Of a stretch of 64,000 nt of DNA, positions 9,560 to 18,816 are shown piece after piece (position 1 is the first letter of the stretch; the number at the start of each line of letters is the position of its first letter). The position numbers and the translations under genes were made by a program. This DNA is from Thermoproteota archaeon (lineage in GTDB: Archaea > Korarchaeota > JAOZGF01 > JAOZFZ01), in assembly GCA_027492035.1 (NCBI GenBank), contig JAOZFT010000035.1:64001-128000 (forward strand), given 5' to 3'. The notes beneath the pieces are model-generated. The model had not been told where the DNA came from. It ran no database searches and saw nothing but the letters and a program-made list of their open reading frames with translations.

Positions 9560-10438
9560 TTATTTTTTCACGAGTTTAATTACATGTTTCAAGATTTCTT
9601 CAGCTATGTTCTTTTCTGTAACTGTTTGAAGTCCTCTCCATGCAGGGATACTGTTTACTTCAATAAAATAATACTTTCCGTCTTCTGACTTCAAAATATC
9701 TACTCCAGCATATTCACAACCAAGAAATTGAGTAATTTTCAAACTTTTCTCTTTCAACTCCTTTGCTGGCTTTATTTTTTCAGCAACTGCTCCTTGGCTA
9801 ATGTTTGTTTTCCATGTTTCACCCTTTCTTTTCATTGCCGAGACGACTTTGTCACCCACGATAAAAACCCTTATGTCCTCCTTGTTGTGGGGAATAAACT
9901 CCTGTAAGTAAAAAGTATTTCTTGATAGTTGCAGAAACCTAAAATATCTGTGCGCAACGTCTCTGTTATCTACCCTAAATGTCCCTTTACCTTGAGCCCC
10001 AAATAAAGGCTTAACCACTACATCTTCACCCAATTCCTTAAAGGCATCCATTGCCTCCCAAAAATCTTCAGTAACTACTGTTTTAGGTGTAGGTAAACCT
10101 AAATCCTCAAATAAATAAGAAGTGTAATATTTATCGCATGTTTTTTCTATGCAGGAGGGTGAATTAATCACTTTCACCCCCAAATCCTCTAATCTATGCA
10201 AAACATCCATTCTAAAAATTAAATGCTCTAAAGAAGCTATAGGTGCCTCTCTAACAATTACAGCGTCCATATCTTCCAAAACATTTCCTTCGCTTGCCAC
10301 CTTGGGTTTCAAACCTATTTTTGCCATAAATTTCTTTATTGAGAAAAGGTAAGGCGTCAAATTGTAGCGATTAAAAACTTCAACAAGTTTCCTTACATGC
10401 CACTCTCCAGGTGTAGAAGTCAGAATACCTATTTTCAT
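9560..10438 (-). CDS. RimK-family ATP-grasp alpha-L-glutamate ligase (MptN/Orf5-like, C1 cofactor glutamylation)
   Basis: VVKPLFGAQGKG, QEFIP, DIRVFIVG, WKTNISQG, GVDIL, IEVNS; lies within the H4MPT cluster. Confidence 0.85.
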   Translation of the reverse strand: MKIGILTSTPGEWHVRKLVEVFNRYNLTPYLFSIKKFMAKIGLKPKVASEGNVLEDMDAVIVREAPIASLEHLIFRMDVLHRLEDLGVKVINSPSCIEKTCDKYYTSYLFEDLGLPTPKTVVTEDFWEAMDAFKELGEDVVVKPLFGAQGKGTFRVDNRDVAHRYFRFLQLSRNTFYLQEFIPHNKEDIRVFIVGDKVVSAMKRKGETWKTNISQGAVAEKIKPAKELKEKSLKITQFLGCEYAGVDILKSEDGKYYFIEVNSIPAWRGLQTVTEKNIAEEILKHVIKLVKK

Positions 10439-10660
10439 TTCCGAAATCCTAAGAGTATTTCAAGAATAACTTTTTTCTTTAAAAAGAGCCTTGAAAGTAA
10501 ATTAAAGAAGGGGGAAGAACCTATAAAATTTTTTCTGTTAAGGGATTTACTAAGTAAGGAGTGTCTACTTCTCAGGTGCTTTAGAGAAAGGAAATTTAAT
10601 ATTAATTAGTTTATATAGCTTCTAAGCCCTTAAAAAGTTGGGAAAGGAGAATAGAGACAG

Positions 10661-11491
10661 TTATCCTTTATAAATGAATATTTCTCCTTTACCTAACTCT
10701 GAAACATCACCATGGTAACGTTCATAAAGGCCTTCAACTTTAACAGGGACTCTAATATTTAGTTTCTCTCTCAACTCCTTGAAATAGTACCTTATAAACA
10801 GAGGGGAATATGTGTTGTCGTAAATAAATGTAGGAAGCATTTCCTGTATTTTACCGAAACAAATTATTGTTCCTCTTTTCATCAGCATTCCTGGCCTGTT
10901 TCCAATATTCCCTAAACTTATAACTGTGCCTGCTATCATCTGGGCTGCCAGGTTATCTCCTACACTGTCATAAACAATTATTGTTCCTCTTCTCATTTTC
11001 CTAGCTAAACTGTTTCCAGCTTTACCTTCAATCACTATTATTCCGCCTCTCATCCCTCTAGGGTTTCCAGGGTAGGCTGAAGCAAACATGTTCCCAACGT
11101 TGCCCTTAATCCGTAATATGCCATTCCTAAACTCTGTTGCAGACCAATCTGACACGTTTCCCTCTACAACTATTTCTCCTCCTCTCATCTCATCGGCTAA
11201 GTGCATGCCTGCGTTTCCTTTAACCGTAATTTTTCCAGTAGCCATTTGTTTCCCAATATACTTAACCTTGGATAAATCCCCTTTCAAAATTATGTGGGTT
11301 TCTGAAACTTCTTCAGATTTTTCACCTTCAACCTTAAAGTAATCCCCTAATTCCTCTTTTCTCTTCCCTCTCCAAACTATTAATTTCTTGATTTCGTCCA
11401 GGGTCCTGCCTGCAAAATTTTCAGGTGTAATTGTTTCGGCTTCAATAGGTAGTGCAGGTTCCTTCTTAAGGGTTAAAATTATTTTCTTCAT
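10661..11491 (-). CDS. fwdC: Formylmethanofuran dehydrogenase subunit C
   Basis: GXGXG beta-helix repeats, GMRGG, GDVSELGKGEI. Confidence 0.93.
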   Translation of the reverse strand: MKKIILTLKKEPALPIEAETITPENFAGRTLDEIKKLIVWRGKRKEELGDYFKVEGEKSEEVSETHIILKGDLSKVKYIGKQMATGKITVKGNAGMHLADEMRGGEIVVEGNVSDWSATEFRNGILRIKGNVGNMFASAYPGNPRGMRGGIIVIEGKAGNSLARKMRRGTIIVYDSVGDNLAAQMIAGTVISLGNIGNRPGMLMKRGTIICFGKIQEMLPTFIYDNTYSPLFIRYYFKELREKLNIRVPVKVEGLYERYHGDVSELGKGEIFIYKG

Positions 11492-11510
11492 TTCTCACTC
11501 CCTCCAAGAA

Positions 11511-12425
11511 TCAAAAACAATCCTTTAATTTTATACTGTACTGTCCCAGTTTCCCTCCGTAATTGGCAGCAGTAATCATTTTCACTCCTTCAACCTGTGT
11601 AGCAGCTTCAATTCCAACTTTCATGGCCTCCTTAACAGCTTCGAGCGATAAACCGTCAATAACAATTTCAAATATTGAAGCAACCCCTTCAGGCACTCTT
11701 GTTCCTTCCACCATCCCCTTTATTGATGGGCAAAAGGCTGTATTGGTTGAAGCGTGTAAAAACTTATACTTGGAGCCCACTTTGCTTCCGCTTCTGCAAA
11801 CCCCGCCAGGGAATGGGGTAACTGCATCCTCGACTCCAGCAATTGCTTCAACAGCTTTCTCTGAGGCCTTAAGAGCTGACTCAACCGTTTCACCAAGTAT
11901 TAAAAAGTTTCCTCCACCAACACTCTTTTTAGCCTTGAATTTTTCTTCTAAGAAGAACTCCCCCTCCATTACAGGGATCCTCCAAAGTCTCCTACCAAAA
12001 ATTTTCTTACTTATCTGGTAACCATCACCAAAAAACCTTAACTGAGCACCAATTTTAAACTCGGTATCTCCCACACCTAACCAATCATAGGCTGCAGTAG
12101 TAGGACACGTTAAAACAGTCTGTCCAATTCTTCTCATCAATTGATCCTTCAACTGTTTCTTGGTGTTTGCAAACACTAAAACACTGACACCAGGCCTTCC
12201 GTCAGGTGTTTCACTTGGCGGAACAACTTTTTCGATTGCAACTTCACCTCCGCACATAATTACTGACGTTCCAAAACCACTCATGGACCGTGCTGAATTC
12301 ATAGCCCATCTCTCGTTTATTGCAGTAATTAATACTTTGCTTCCCCACATTTTAAAGGCTTCAGCAAACGTATCCTTAACCTTTACTCCATTTACTTCAA
12401 AAAAAGAGTCTGCAGGCATCGTCAC
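11511..12425 (-). CDS. ftr: Formylmethanofuran:tetrahydromethanopterin formyltransferase
   Basis: DTFAEAF, TPDGRPG, RIGQTVLTCPTT, SGSKVGSKY, NYGGKLG. Confidence 0.95.
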   Translation of the reverse strand: MTMPADSFFEVNGVKVKDTFAEAFKMWGSKVLITAINERWAMNSARSMSGFGTSVIMCGGEVAIEKVVPPSETPDGRPGVSVLVFANTKKQLKDQLMRRIGQTVLTCPTTAAYDWLGVGDTEFKIGAQLRFFGDGYQISKKIFGRRLWRIPVMEGEFFLEEKFKAKKSVGGGNFLILGETVESALKASEKAVEAIAGVEDAVTPFPGGVCRSGSKVGSKYKFLHASTNTAFCPSIKGMVEGTRVPEGVASIFEIVIDGLSLEAVKEAMKVGIEAATQVEGVKMITAANYGGKLGQYSIKLKDCF

Positions 12426-12619
12426 TTCCTCCTCATACCTTTTTTAAAGTCAGGAAACCACCTTGCTTTTATATATATATTTGTGTTTTTGTTTACACAT
12501 CCCACTTATATTTTTTTCTTTATATTTAGTTCATAACCCGAATGTTTCTAACCCTTACCTTAACTCCCCTTCAAGCATTACCCTCTTTAAAGATAGTCCA
12601 ATGTTTTCACCGTCTTTTT

Positions 12620-12775
12620 CCACTTTTTTGGAAGGGTTGCGAGTGGCTTTTTTTAGAGGACACTGTGAAGCATCTACGTGGAAGATTTTAAAAACATGTT
12701 CCAGCAGCAACCAAGTATCCACCTGCCACAAAACCGCATTCTTTACAACAACATAAACTTCTGTTCGGTTATTTA
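12620..12775 (-). mobile_element. Probable degenerate IS200/IS605 tnpB 3' remnant
   Basis: Minus strand reads PNRSLCCCKECGFVAGGYLVAA, then after a frameshift WNMFLK. This resembles the TnpB C-terminal CxxCG..DRD..AAxNI motif. Boundaries are approximate. Confidence 0.4.
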
Positions 12776-12870
12776 GTTTCTAAAAAGAAAAGAAGAAGTT
12801 CATTAATTTTCCCAGTATTTTTAAGGCTGTTGTTAACCCTTTCTGTAACTTTGTTTATCCACTAGAGTCT

Positions 12871-14565
12871 TCACTTTACTTCTATTTTTATTGGTTTGTT
12901 GTTTGGTAAATAAGTTAAGGGCACTTCAAAATTACTTAAACTCACTGTGTAGTAGTCCCGAAAAACTTTTTCCAAATCTTCCCTTAACTCTTCATCTTCA
13001 GTGTACTGGAAATTTGTCCAATAAGTTTTGCCATAAACTTCTTTAACCACTTCCCCATCCTTTACAACCACTTCTCCATCCTTTATAGTGTAAGCGGCCC
13101 TTGAAAAAGCTTTAATGATTTCATTGTAATTACCCCTATCCAGTTTTTCAGGGTTCAAATTGTAAATTGCAACGTCAGCGTCTGCTCCAACCCCTAAGTG
13201 GCCTTTCTCACTTAAACCTAGAGCCTTAGCTGTCCCAGCCCTTGTGCAAACAGCAACTTCGAACAGGCTATACTCTCTATCTATACTTGCTAACTGGGTC
13301 CTTGAATGCACAACTTTATGCACCTTCTGAATCATCTCTTCTCGGGCTTTCCTGCTCATCAACCAAGCTATAATTAAGGGGTAAAAAGTGAAAGGCCCTC
13401 CATTTGGGTGATCGGTTCCAATAAAGACTTTCCATGGTTCTTTAGTTAAAAGCATCAACTCCAGCCCTATAGCCCACTGAATGGTATTTACCGGGTTCTT
13501 CTTTTTGAAAATGTAAGGCACTATACCGCCGCTTGTTTCTAGCTCTGTATCTGCACCCGCCCATTTATTCTTTGTTAACAAATATAACCTGTATTGCCAT
13601 GGTCCGTCGCTTGTTATTGTTGTAGTGTTTGTGAATATAACTTGACCTATGCAAGTTGTAATGTGGCCATGTTTATTTAAGTATTCAGCTATTTCTGCTG
13701 CTCCTGAGCTGAAGTTGCCCCAGTTTTCTCCTGCGTAACTGTTGAATTGTGAATGAGCTATATGGAGTACATTCTTTCTTCCCTTTTTAGGTTTTATCCC
13801 TTCAACTGCTTTCATTGTTTCCAATGTTACTTCATAGTTTCCTGGTGAACCTAAGTTGTTACAGTGCACATGGTTTGTGTGAGGAAAATTTAGTTCTTCA
13901 TTCACTTTAGTTAGGTTTGTAACTATATCTCGGGGGGTTATGTCATACCCCTTTACTTTATCATCTAAGTTGTTTACATTCTTACCCCATTTCCATGTCT
14001 CTTGTCCCCCAGGGTTTACTACCTTTAATGAGTACCCTTTCACTGTTTTTAAAAGCCAGGCTATGAAATGTTTCAATTTCTCGTATTCTCCTTCCTTTAT
14101 GTATTTCAGTACAAAGTAGTTGTTTCCTACGCAAACGAATATTCCTTTATCTATCATTGGTGTATCTATTAGTTCCTCGTGTGCATGTTTTGCTTCTAAA
14201 GGTGTAACTGCTGGTTCGAAAACTGTCGTATAACCCATGGCTGAGTATCTATATCCTGTAACAAATGTTGACGGTAAAGAGTACCCTACTCCGCTTCTTG
14301 TGACGCTTGTTTTAGGTACAGGATCTGTTCTGTGGTCTTCTGGTCTAAACACTCTAGCTGAATTTAGTTTCCCTGCTATATGGCTATGGATATCTACTCC
14401 TCCAGGCATCACTGTTTTCCCTTCTGCATTTATTATTTCTGTACTGTTTCCAGTGAATTCTTCAACTATTTTGCCGTTTTCAATGTATATGTCCATTTTT
14501 TCTCCGTTGATTTTGTTTATGGGGTCGTAAACATATCCGTTCTTTATTATCATCCTACTTTTCAT
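12871..14565 (-). CDS. fwdA: Formylmethanofuran dehydrogenase subunit A (amidohydrolase)
   Basis: PGGVDIHSHIAG, KVVNPGG, HVHCNNLG, TDHPNGGPF. Confidence 0.96.
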   Translation of the reverse strand: MKSRMIIKNGYVYDPINKINGEKMDIYIENGKIVEEFTGNSTEIINAEGKTVMPGGVDIHSHIAGKLNSARVFRPEDHRTDPVPKTSVTRSGVGYSLPSTFVTGYRYSAMGYTTVFEPAVTPLEAKHAHEELIDTPMIDKGIFVCVGNNYFVLKYIKEGEYEKLKHFIAWLLKTVKGYSLKVVNPGGQETWKWGKNVNNLDDKVKGYDITPRDIVTNLTKVNEELNFPHTNHVHCNNLGSPGNYEVTLETMKAVEGIKPKKGRKNVLHIAHSQFNSYAGENWGNFSSGAAEIAEYLNKHGHITTCIGQVIFTNTTTITSDGPWQYRLYLLTKNKWAGADTELETSGGIVPYIFKKKNPVNTIQWAIGLELMLLTKEPWKVFIGTDHPNGGPFTFYPLIIAWLMSRKAREEMIQKVHKVVHSRTQLASIDREYSLFEVAVCTRAGTAKALGLSEKGHLGVGADADVAIYNLNPEKLDRGNYNEIIKAFSRAAYTIKDGEVVVKDGEVVKEVYGKTYWTNFQYTEDEELREDLEKVFRDYYTVSLSNFEVPLTYLPNNKPIKIEVK

Positions 14566-14589
14566 TTTTCTCTTCTCCTCCCCTTCATC

Positions 14590-15882
14590 TTAAATTCTTT
14601 TCAATATCTTTTCCATTATTTCTTCATCTGGCAGTACTCCTTCTTTCGGCTCTATTAGTTTTTTCAGCCTTATCGGTACCCCATCCATTCTATAAGCTGT
14701 TCCTTCTGTTTCTATCCCTGCTAAAGCGCAAGGTATAACTACGTCAGCTGTTAAAGAGGTCATACTTATTTTCGGGTCAACAACTATTGTGGGTATCTGT
14801 GTTAAATACTTGGCTGCTGGTGAAGGGAACGTTGCAACAGGATCTGACGCCACTATCAACGCTGCATCTACCTCTCTGTTTACTAGTAAATTTACTGCCG
14901 CGTATTCTCCCGGGTTATATCTTGGGTACCCTCTTGTAAAGTCTACGGCGTATGGATACCCTGTTTGCCAAGCTAAAACCATCCCTGCCCCTTTAACATT
15001 GAAATGTCCCCTCATAGGTATTACAACAAATCTTGTGTATTTATGTAAGTCTCTTACAAGGTTAAGCGTCGCTATTATGTTATAGTGTTTTCCTCTACTC
15101 ATTGTTAACCCAAGTCCGAAAAATATTACTCCATACCTACAGTTCTTCATTTTCTCCACAAGTTCCTTTATTTTATTCATTGAGACTCCTGCAACTTCTT
15201 CTGCATTTATTTTAGCTCCATTTACCAATGCCCTGATTACTGATAGAAGTTCAAAGTCTTTTCCTGGAGTTATTTTTAGGAACATGTCCGCTAATTTAGT
15301 TGTTCTCGTCTCCCTTACATCAACCGCTACAATGTATCTTTCTTTTCTCCCCTTTTCTGTGTACATTCCTTTCGGAAAAACCGAATACCTTACAAAATGG
15401 TTTAAGTGAGCTTGTAAGGGGTTGCATCCCCAGAAAATAACTAAGTCTGACCTGTTTTTTATCTCTCCAAGGGTTGCATGGATTTCGCCGGTTTCTTGGA
15501 AAGCTACAACTGTAGGGGCATGGCAGACAGTGGCTGTTTGGTCAATTATTCCCCCCGTTTTTTCAGCTATTTCCACGCATTTTCTTTGTGTTTCACAAGT
15601 TGTTGAACTTAAACCATAAATTAAGGGTCTGTCAGCATTCCTTAATATTTCAGCAGCTTTCTTTATGCTTTCTTCTAAGCTCACCCTTTCATGTTTCCCG
15701 TTAATTTTCATCATTGGGTAAGGTACTCTGTCTCTGTTATAATTTACAAACCTGCTTCTTGAAACTGTACAAGCTTTACTTAACGGCCTTATTTCTCCGT
15801 TTTCAACTTCGATTTCCAAGTTGTCGCACAGGCAGCCGCAAAATGAACAAACTACATCTTTAAACACTTGCTTCATTTTCAT
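14590..15882 (-). CDS. fwdB: Formylmethanofuran dehydrogenase subunit B (Mo/W-bisPGD)
   Basis: CSFCGCLCD 4Fe-4S motif, TVCH metal-ligand Cys, MRGHFNV, GTAYRMD. Confidence 0.95.
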   Translation of the reverse strand: MKMKQVFKDVVCSFCGCLCDNLEIEVENGEIRPLSKACTVSRSRFVNYNRDRVPYPMMKINGKHERVSLEESIKKAAEILRNADRPLIYGLSSTTCETQRKCVEIAEKTGGIIDQTATVCHAPTVVAFQETGEIHATLGEIKNRSDLVIFWGCNPLQAHLNHFVRYSVFPKGMYTEKGRKERYIVAVDVRETRTTKLADMFLKITPGKDFELLSVIRALVNGAKINAEEVAGVSMNKIKELVEKMKNCRYGVIFFGLGLTMSRGKHYNIIATLNLVRDLHKYTRFVVIPMRGHFNVKGAGMVLAWQTGYPYAVDFTRGYPRYNPGEYAAVNLLVNREVDAALIVASDPVATFPSPAAKYLTQIPTIVVDPKISMTSLTADVVIPCALAGIETEGTAYRMDGVPIRLKKLIEPKEGVLPDEEIMEKILKRI

Positions 15883-15897
15883 TAAACACCTTCCTCT

Positions 15898-16296
15898 TTA
15901 TTCATAGCCCTCAACTATTTCCTGAATAGTGAGAATTCTTTCACCTGATGCTTTATACACTTTAGCCTTTATTCCTTTAAAGGAAGGCATACTTATTCCT
16001 TCCGTATCCACGGGTGAAATTAAACTTGTCCAGGGACCGTAAGGCATGAAGATGATTCCGCGATCTATTTCCCTTGAAGCTTTACATTTCACAGCCACGG
16101 AACCGTACTCTGTTTCAACTTTCACAGTGTCTCCTTCCTTTACATTTATCTCACTCATGTCCTGTTGATTCATTTGGACAGTTGACAAGTGTTCAAAGTA
16201 TTCCTTTGAAGTTTTACCTATCTCTAAGGTTTCTCCTTGTTTATCTGTCCTCCCAGTTATCAAAACAGCTTCTAACTTCTTCATTTGATTCACCAT
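15898..16296 (-). CDS. fwdD: Formylmethanofuran dehydrogenase subunit D
   Basis: LITGRT..QG, FMPYGPW, MPSFKGI. Confidence 0.92.
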   Translation of the reverse strand: MVNQMKKLEAVLITGRTDKQGETLEIGKTSKEYFEHLSTVQMNQQDMSEINVKEGDTVKVETEYGSVAVKCKASREIDRGIIFMPYGPWTSLISPVDTEGISMPSFKGIKAKVYKASGERILTIQEIVEGYE

Positions 16297-16314
16297 CCAG
16301 ATCTTAGAGGAAAA

Positions 16315-16331
16315 AAGGTTTTACAAACCTT
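16315..16331. promoter_or_regulatory. Perfect palindrome just upstream of fwdD (operator candidate)
   Basis: AAGGTTT-TAC-AAACCTT, 19-35 nt upstream of the fwdD start. Confidence 0.35.
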
Positions 16332-16547
16332 CTCCTTAACGCGATTCCATTTTCAGCAGCTTATTCCCTAAACAAACTAAAATTTAAGTTAGATCTACTT
16401 TGCATGGGAACTTAAAAGCTTAAAAAATTTTACTTAATTTTCTTAACTCAGTCTTTCTTAATGGAATTTTTCCCAAACTTGTTCTTTGCTGGTATGTACT
16501 GGTAGATTAAGGTATTTCACCACAAATTACGTCTTGAAAGGTAATGA

Positions 16548-17531
16548 TTAAAGGAAGCTTATTGATTTCTTTATTGCTTCAGGATTTATTTTTCCTGCCC
16601 TGTAAACTTTGCCGTTCGCTTTGTTGAAAACTGTAATGGATGCTGGAGCGAAGAGGCTGACGTCCAGTTTGTAAAAATCGAAACCTGCTGCCTTATATGC
16701 TTCATAAAACAGTTTGCCATAGTCCTTTGATGTTGATGAGGGAGCTTTCTCCATTATGTCCCTCAACTTATCTTCATCAGAATAGTTTAGGATGTATTGG
16801 GTTTCTCCGCCATAGGAGAGTGAATCATTCCCCCTACTCATTGATTTTGTCGGGTCAGGATGGGTAGGCATTACAGGAGCTGAACCTGTCCCATGTAAAA
16901 CAGTTAAGGGGTCTAAACCCAAGAAATCAAGCCTGTAAAGGCCCGTTTCAACTATTCTCCCAGCTATCTGGGTTAAACCTGTTATACTTTTGTTTGAAAC
17001 AAGCACAAAATAAATGTTTTCGGGTTTAACATCACATTTCTCCTTAATAAGTTCAACAACTTGTTCATCAGGTTTCTTCTCAGTTTCAAGTACAAGTATT
17101 GCCACATCTGCTTCATCTTGATAGCCCAGTTTCTTAAAAAGCTTTTTCGGTTTCAAGGAAAGAGCTCGGGCAGGACCGGATCCTACGGCTGAAAAATTCT
17201 CTGTTTTAATGTTCCAGCCTGCAAGTTGGGAGGCAAGTAAAGCAATTGCTGGGTAATCAGTTAAAACATGAACAGTTGGAAGAGTTAATCCTCCGAAGTT
17301 TTTCTCGAAAAGTGAAGCCTTCCCAAGTCCACCTAAACATATTTCAGTCACTTTCAACCCTGTTAAATAACCCCCTTTTGCTTCAACACCGGCATCAATA
17401 ATTGTTGCTCCACTTCCAAGTTTCTCAACATACACATTAAAAAGGGAAGGGTTGTTAAGTATTTCTCTAACTATTTTAAGAGCTTCTTGGTTAACACTCA
17501 CTTTCTCCATCCTTTTCACCTTTAGAGCCAA
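16548..17531 (-). CDS. mch: Methenyltetrahydromethanopterin cyclohydrolase
   Basis: SQLAGW, GSGPARAL, GRIVETG, YGG, FYKLDVSLFAPA. Confidence 0.95.
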   Translation of the reverse strand: MALKVKRMEKVSVNQEALKIVREILNNPSLFNVYVEKLGSGATIIDAGVEAKGGYLTGLKVTEICLGGLGKASLFEKNFGGLTLPTVHVLTDYPAIALLASQLAGWNIKTENFSAVGSGPARALSLKPKKLFKKLGYQDEADVAILVLETEKKPDEQVVELIKEKCDVKPENIYFVLVSNKSITGLTQIAGRIVETGLYRLDFLGLDPLTVLHGTGSAPVMPTHPDPTKSMSRGNDSLSYGGETQYILNYSDEDKLRDIMEKAPSSTSKDYGKLFYEAYKAAGFDFYKLDVSLFAPASITVFNKANGKVYRAGKINPEAIKKSISFL

Positions 17532-17551
17532 GGAAAAGAGAAAAGGTTTTT

Positions 17552-18391
17552 TTAGGTTTTTTCAGCCCTAGGCTTCTCAATTAATTTCCTTTTCATCAAA
17601 ATTGTTCCGTCATCATAATGGGGTCTTCTCTGTACACTATCACCATACTTCTCTATCTCCCTTGCTTCATCAGCTAACTTCCCAGCAAACCTCATCAATT
17701 CATGAGCTGCTGAAACAATTAAAGTATACTTTTTCCAATCCTTTTCAATAAAGCACCCCTTAACAGTTAAGTCAGCAACTTTTTCAGCCATAATGTAGGC
17801 TGCGTAAGCCTTTGATTCGGCATAGGGATTTATGAAACCTGCCTTCTTCAATGCTTTGTTAACCCTAACCTTTATTTTTGGCGGCTCAGGTTTCTTCCCT
17901 TGCTTAACTTCATCAATCATTCTATCTATTTCCTCATAGATTAAGTTAAGAACTCCTGTAATAGCTAAAACCTTGATTAAGTCGGTGTTGTAAAGACTCA
18001 TTTCCACAGGGTCTAGAAACTCCCTCCTAGCCCCTATCATCGAATCAGCTGAAACAAAAACATACCCTGCACCCATATCCTCGAATTCCTCAATAGCTTT
18101 CTCAGCTGGTTTATCAGAAACAACAACTACAGGAATCCCTGAATCAATAAGTTTCTTAACAGCCCCTTTAGGCCCTTTTAAAGCTGCGTTAGGTGAGGTT
18201 AGTATACAGAAGTCAGGTTTAGCTTCAATCATTAGAGGAACGTTTGCATCCACCCAATCCTTGGTGATTTTCGAACCTGTACCTATAGTCACTGTCTGAA
18301 TATCTTGCCTTTCAGCCCGTTCGTCAAGTAAAAACTCAATCAAAGCTGCTGAACCCAAACTGCCCAGTTTCATAAAACCGACTTTAACCAT
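17552..18391 (-). CDS. mtd: F420-dependent methylenetetrahydromethanopterin dehydrogenase
   Basis: LDERAERQDI, SPNAALKGP, DSMIGARREFLDPVEM, AAHELMR. Start moved to ATG 18391 (MVKVGFMKLG); the ORF-track N-terminal extension looks non-coding. Confidence 0.94.
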   Translation of the reverse strand: MVKVGFMKLGSLGSAALIEFLLDERAERQDIQTVTIGTGSKITKDWVDANVPLMIEAKPDFCILTSPNAALKGPKGAVKKLIDSGIPVVVVSDKPAEKAIEEFEDMGAGYVFVSADSMIGARREFLDPVEMSLYNTDLIKVLAITGVLNLIYEEIDRMIDEVKQGKKPEPPKIKVRVNKALKKAGFINPYAESKAYAAYIMAEKVADLTVKGCFIEKDWKKYTLIVSAAHELMRFAGKLADEAREIEKYGDSVQRRPHYDDGTILMKRKLIEKPRAEKT

Positions 18392-18516
18392 TTCAAAACA
18401 CCTATTGTTTGAGGGGGAAGAATTGAAAATAAAAATCCTTTCCCTTTTTAAATTTTTTATTTGTTCAATTAAGAATGAAAGAAAAAAAGTCATTCCGTTG
18501 GTAAATTTAAAAGGGA

Positions 18517-18543
18517 AAGCCTTTTCTACAAAAGAAAAGGCTT
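18517..18543. promoter_or_regulatory. Perfect 11-bp inverted repeat between pmbA and mtd (operator or hairpin)
   Basis: AAGCCTTTTCT-acaaa-AGAAAAGGCTT, about 125 nt upstream of the mtd start. Confidence 0.45.
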
Positions 18544-18816
18544 CATTGTCCTTCAATGTCATTTAAGAAATGAAAATGGTAAAAATATTGAAAGGAAGCT
18601 GGCGAAACAGTGACCTTTTACTTTAATTAAAAAAGTGCAATTAATATGCAGCAATATTAAAATATTTTTACATAATCTTTGCTAACGGTTTTAAACATGT
18701 TTTTGCTTCTTTTGTTTTTTAGACTGTAGCGGCTTCTTTCAATTTTTGCGAAGCAAAGTTTTCTCAGCTTGTTTAAGTGCTAAAAATGGAGGAAGGGTGA
18801 GTTTGGGATTTTCCCT

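Noticed and set aside
14590-15882. Selenocysteine recoding in FwdB or the hydrogenase
   Set aside because: Both have Cys codons at the ligand positions and no in-frame TGA.
18392-18562. 57-aa N-terminal extension of Mtd in the ORF track
   Set aside because: Mtd homology begins at MVKVG. The upstream part is AT-rich promoter sequence containing an inverted repeat.
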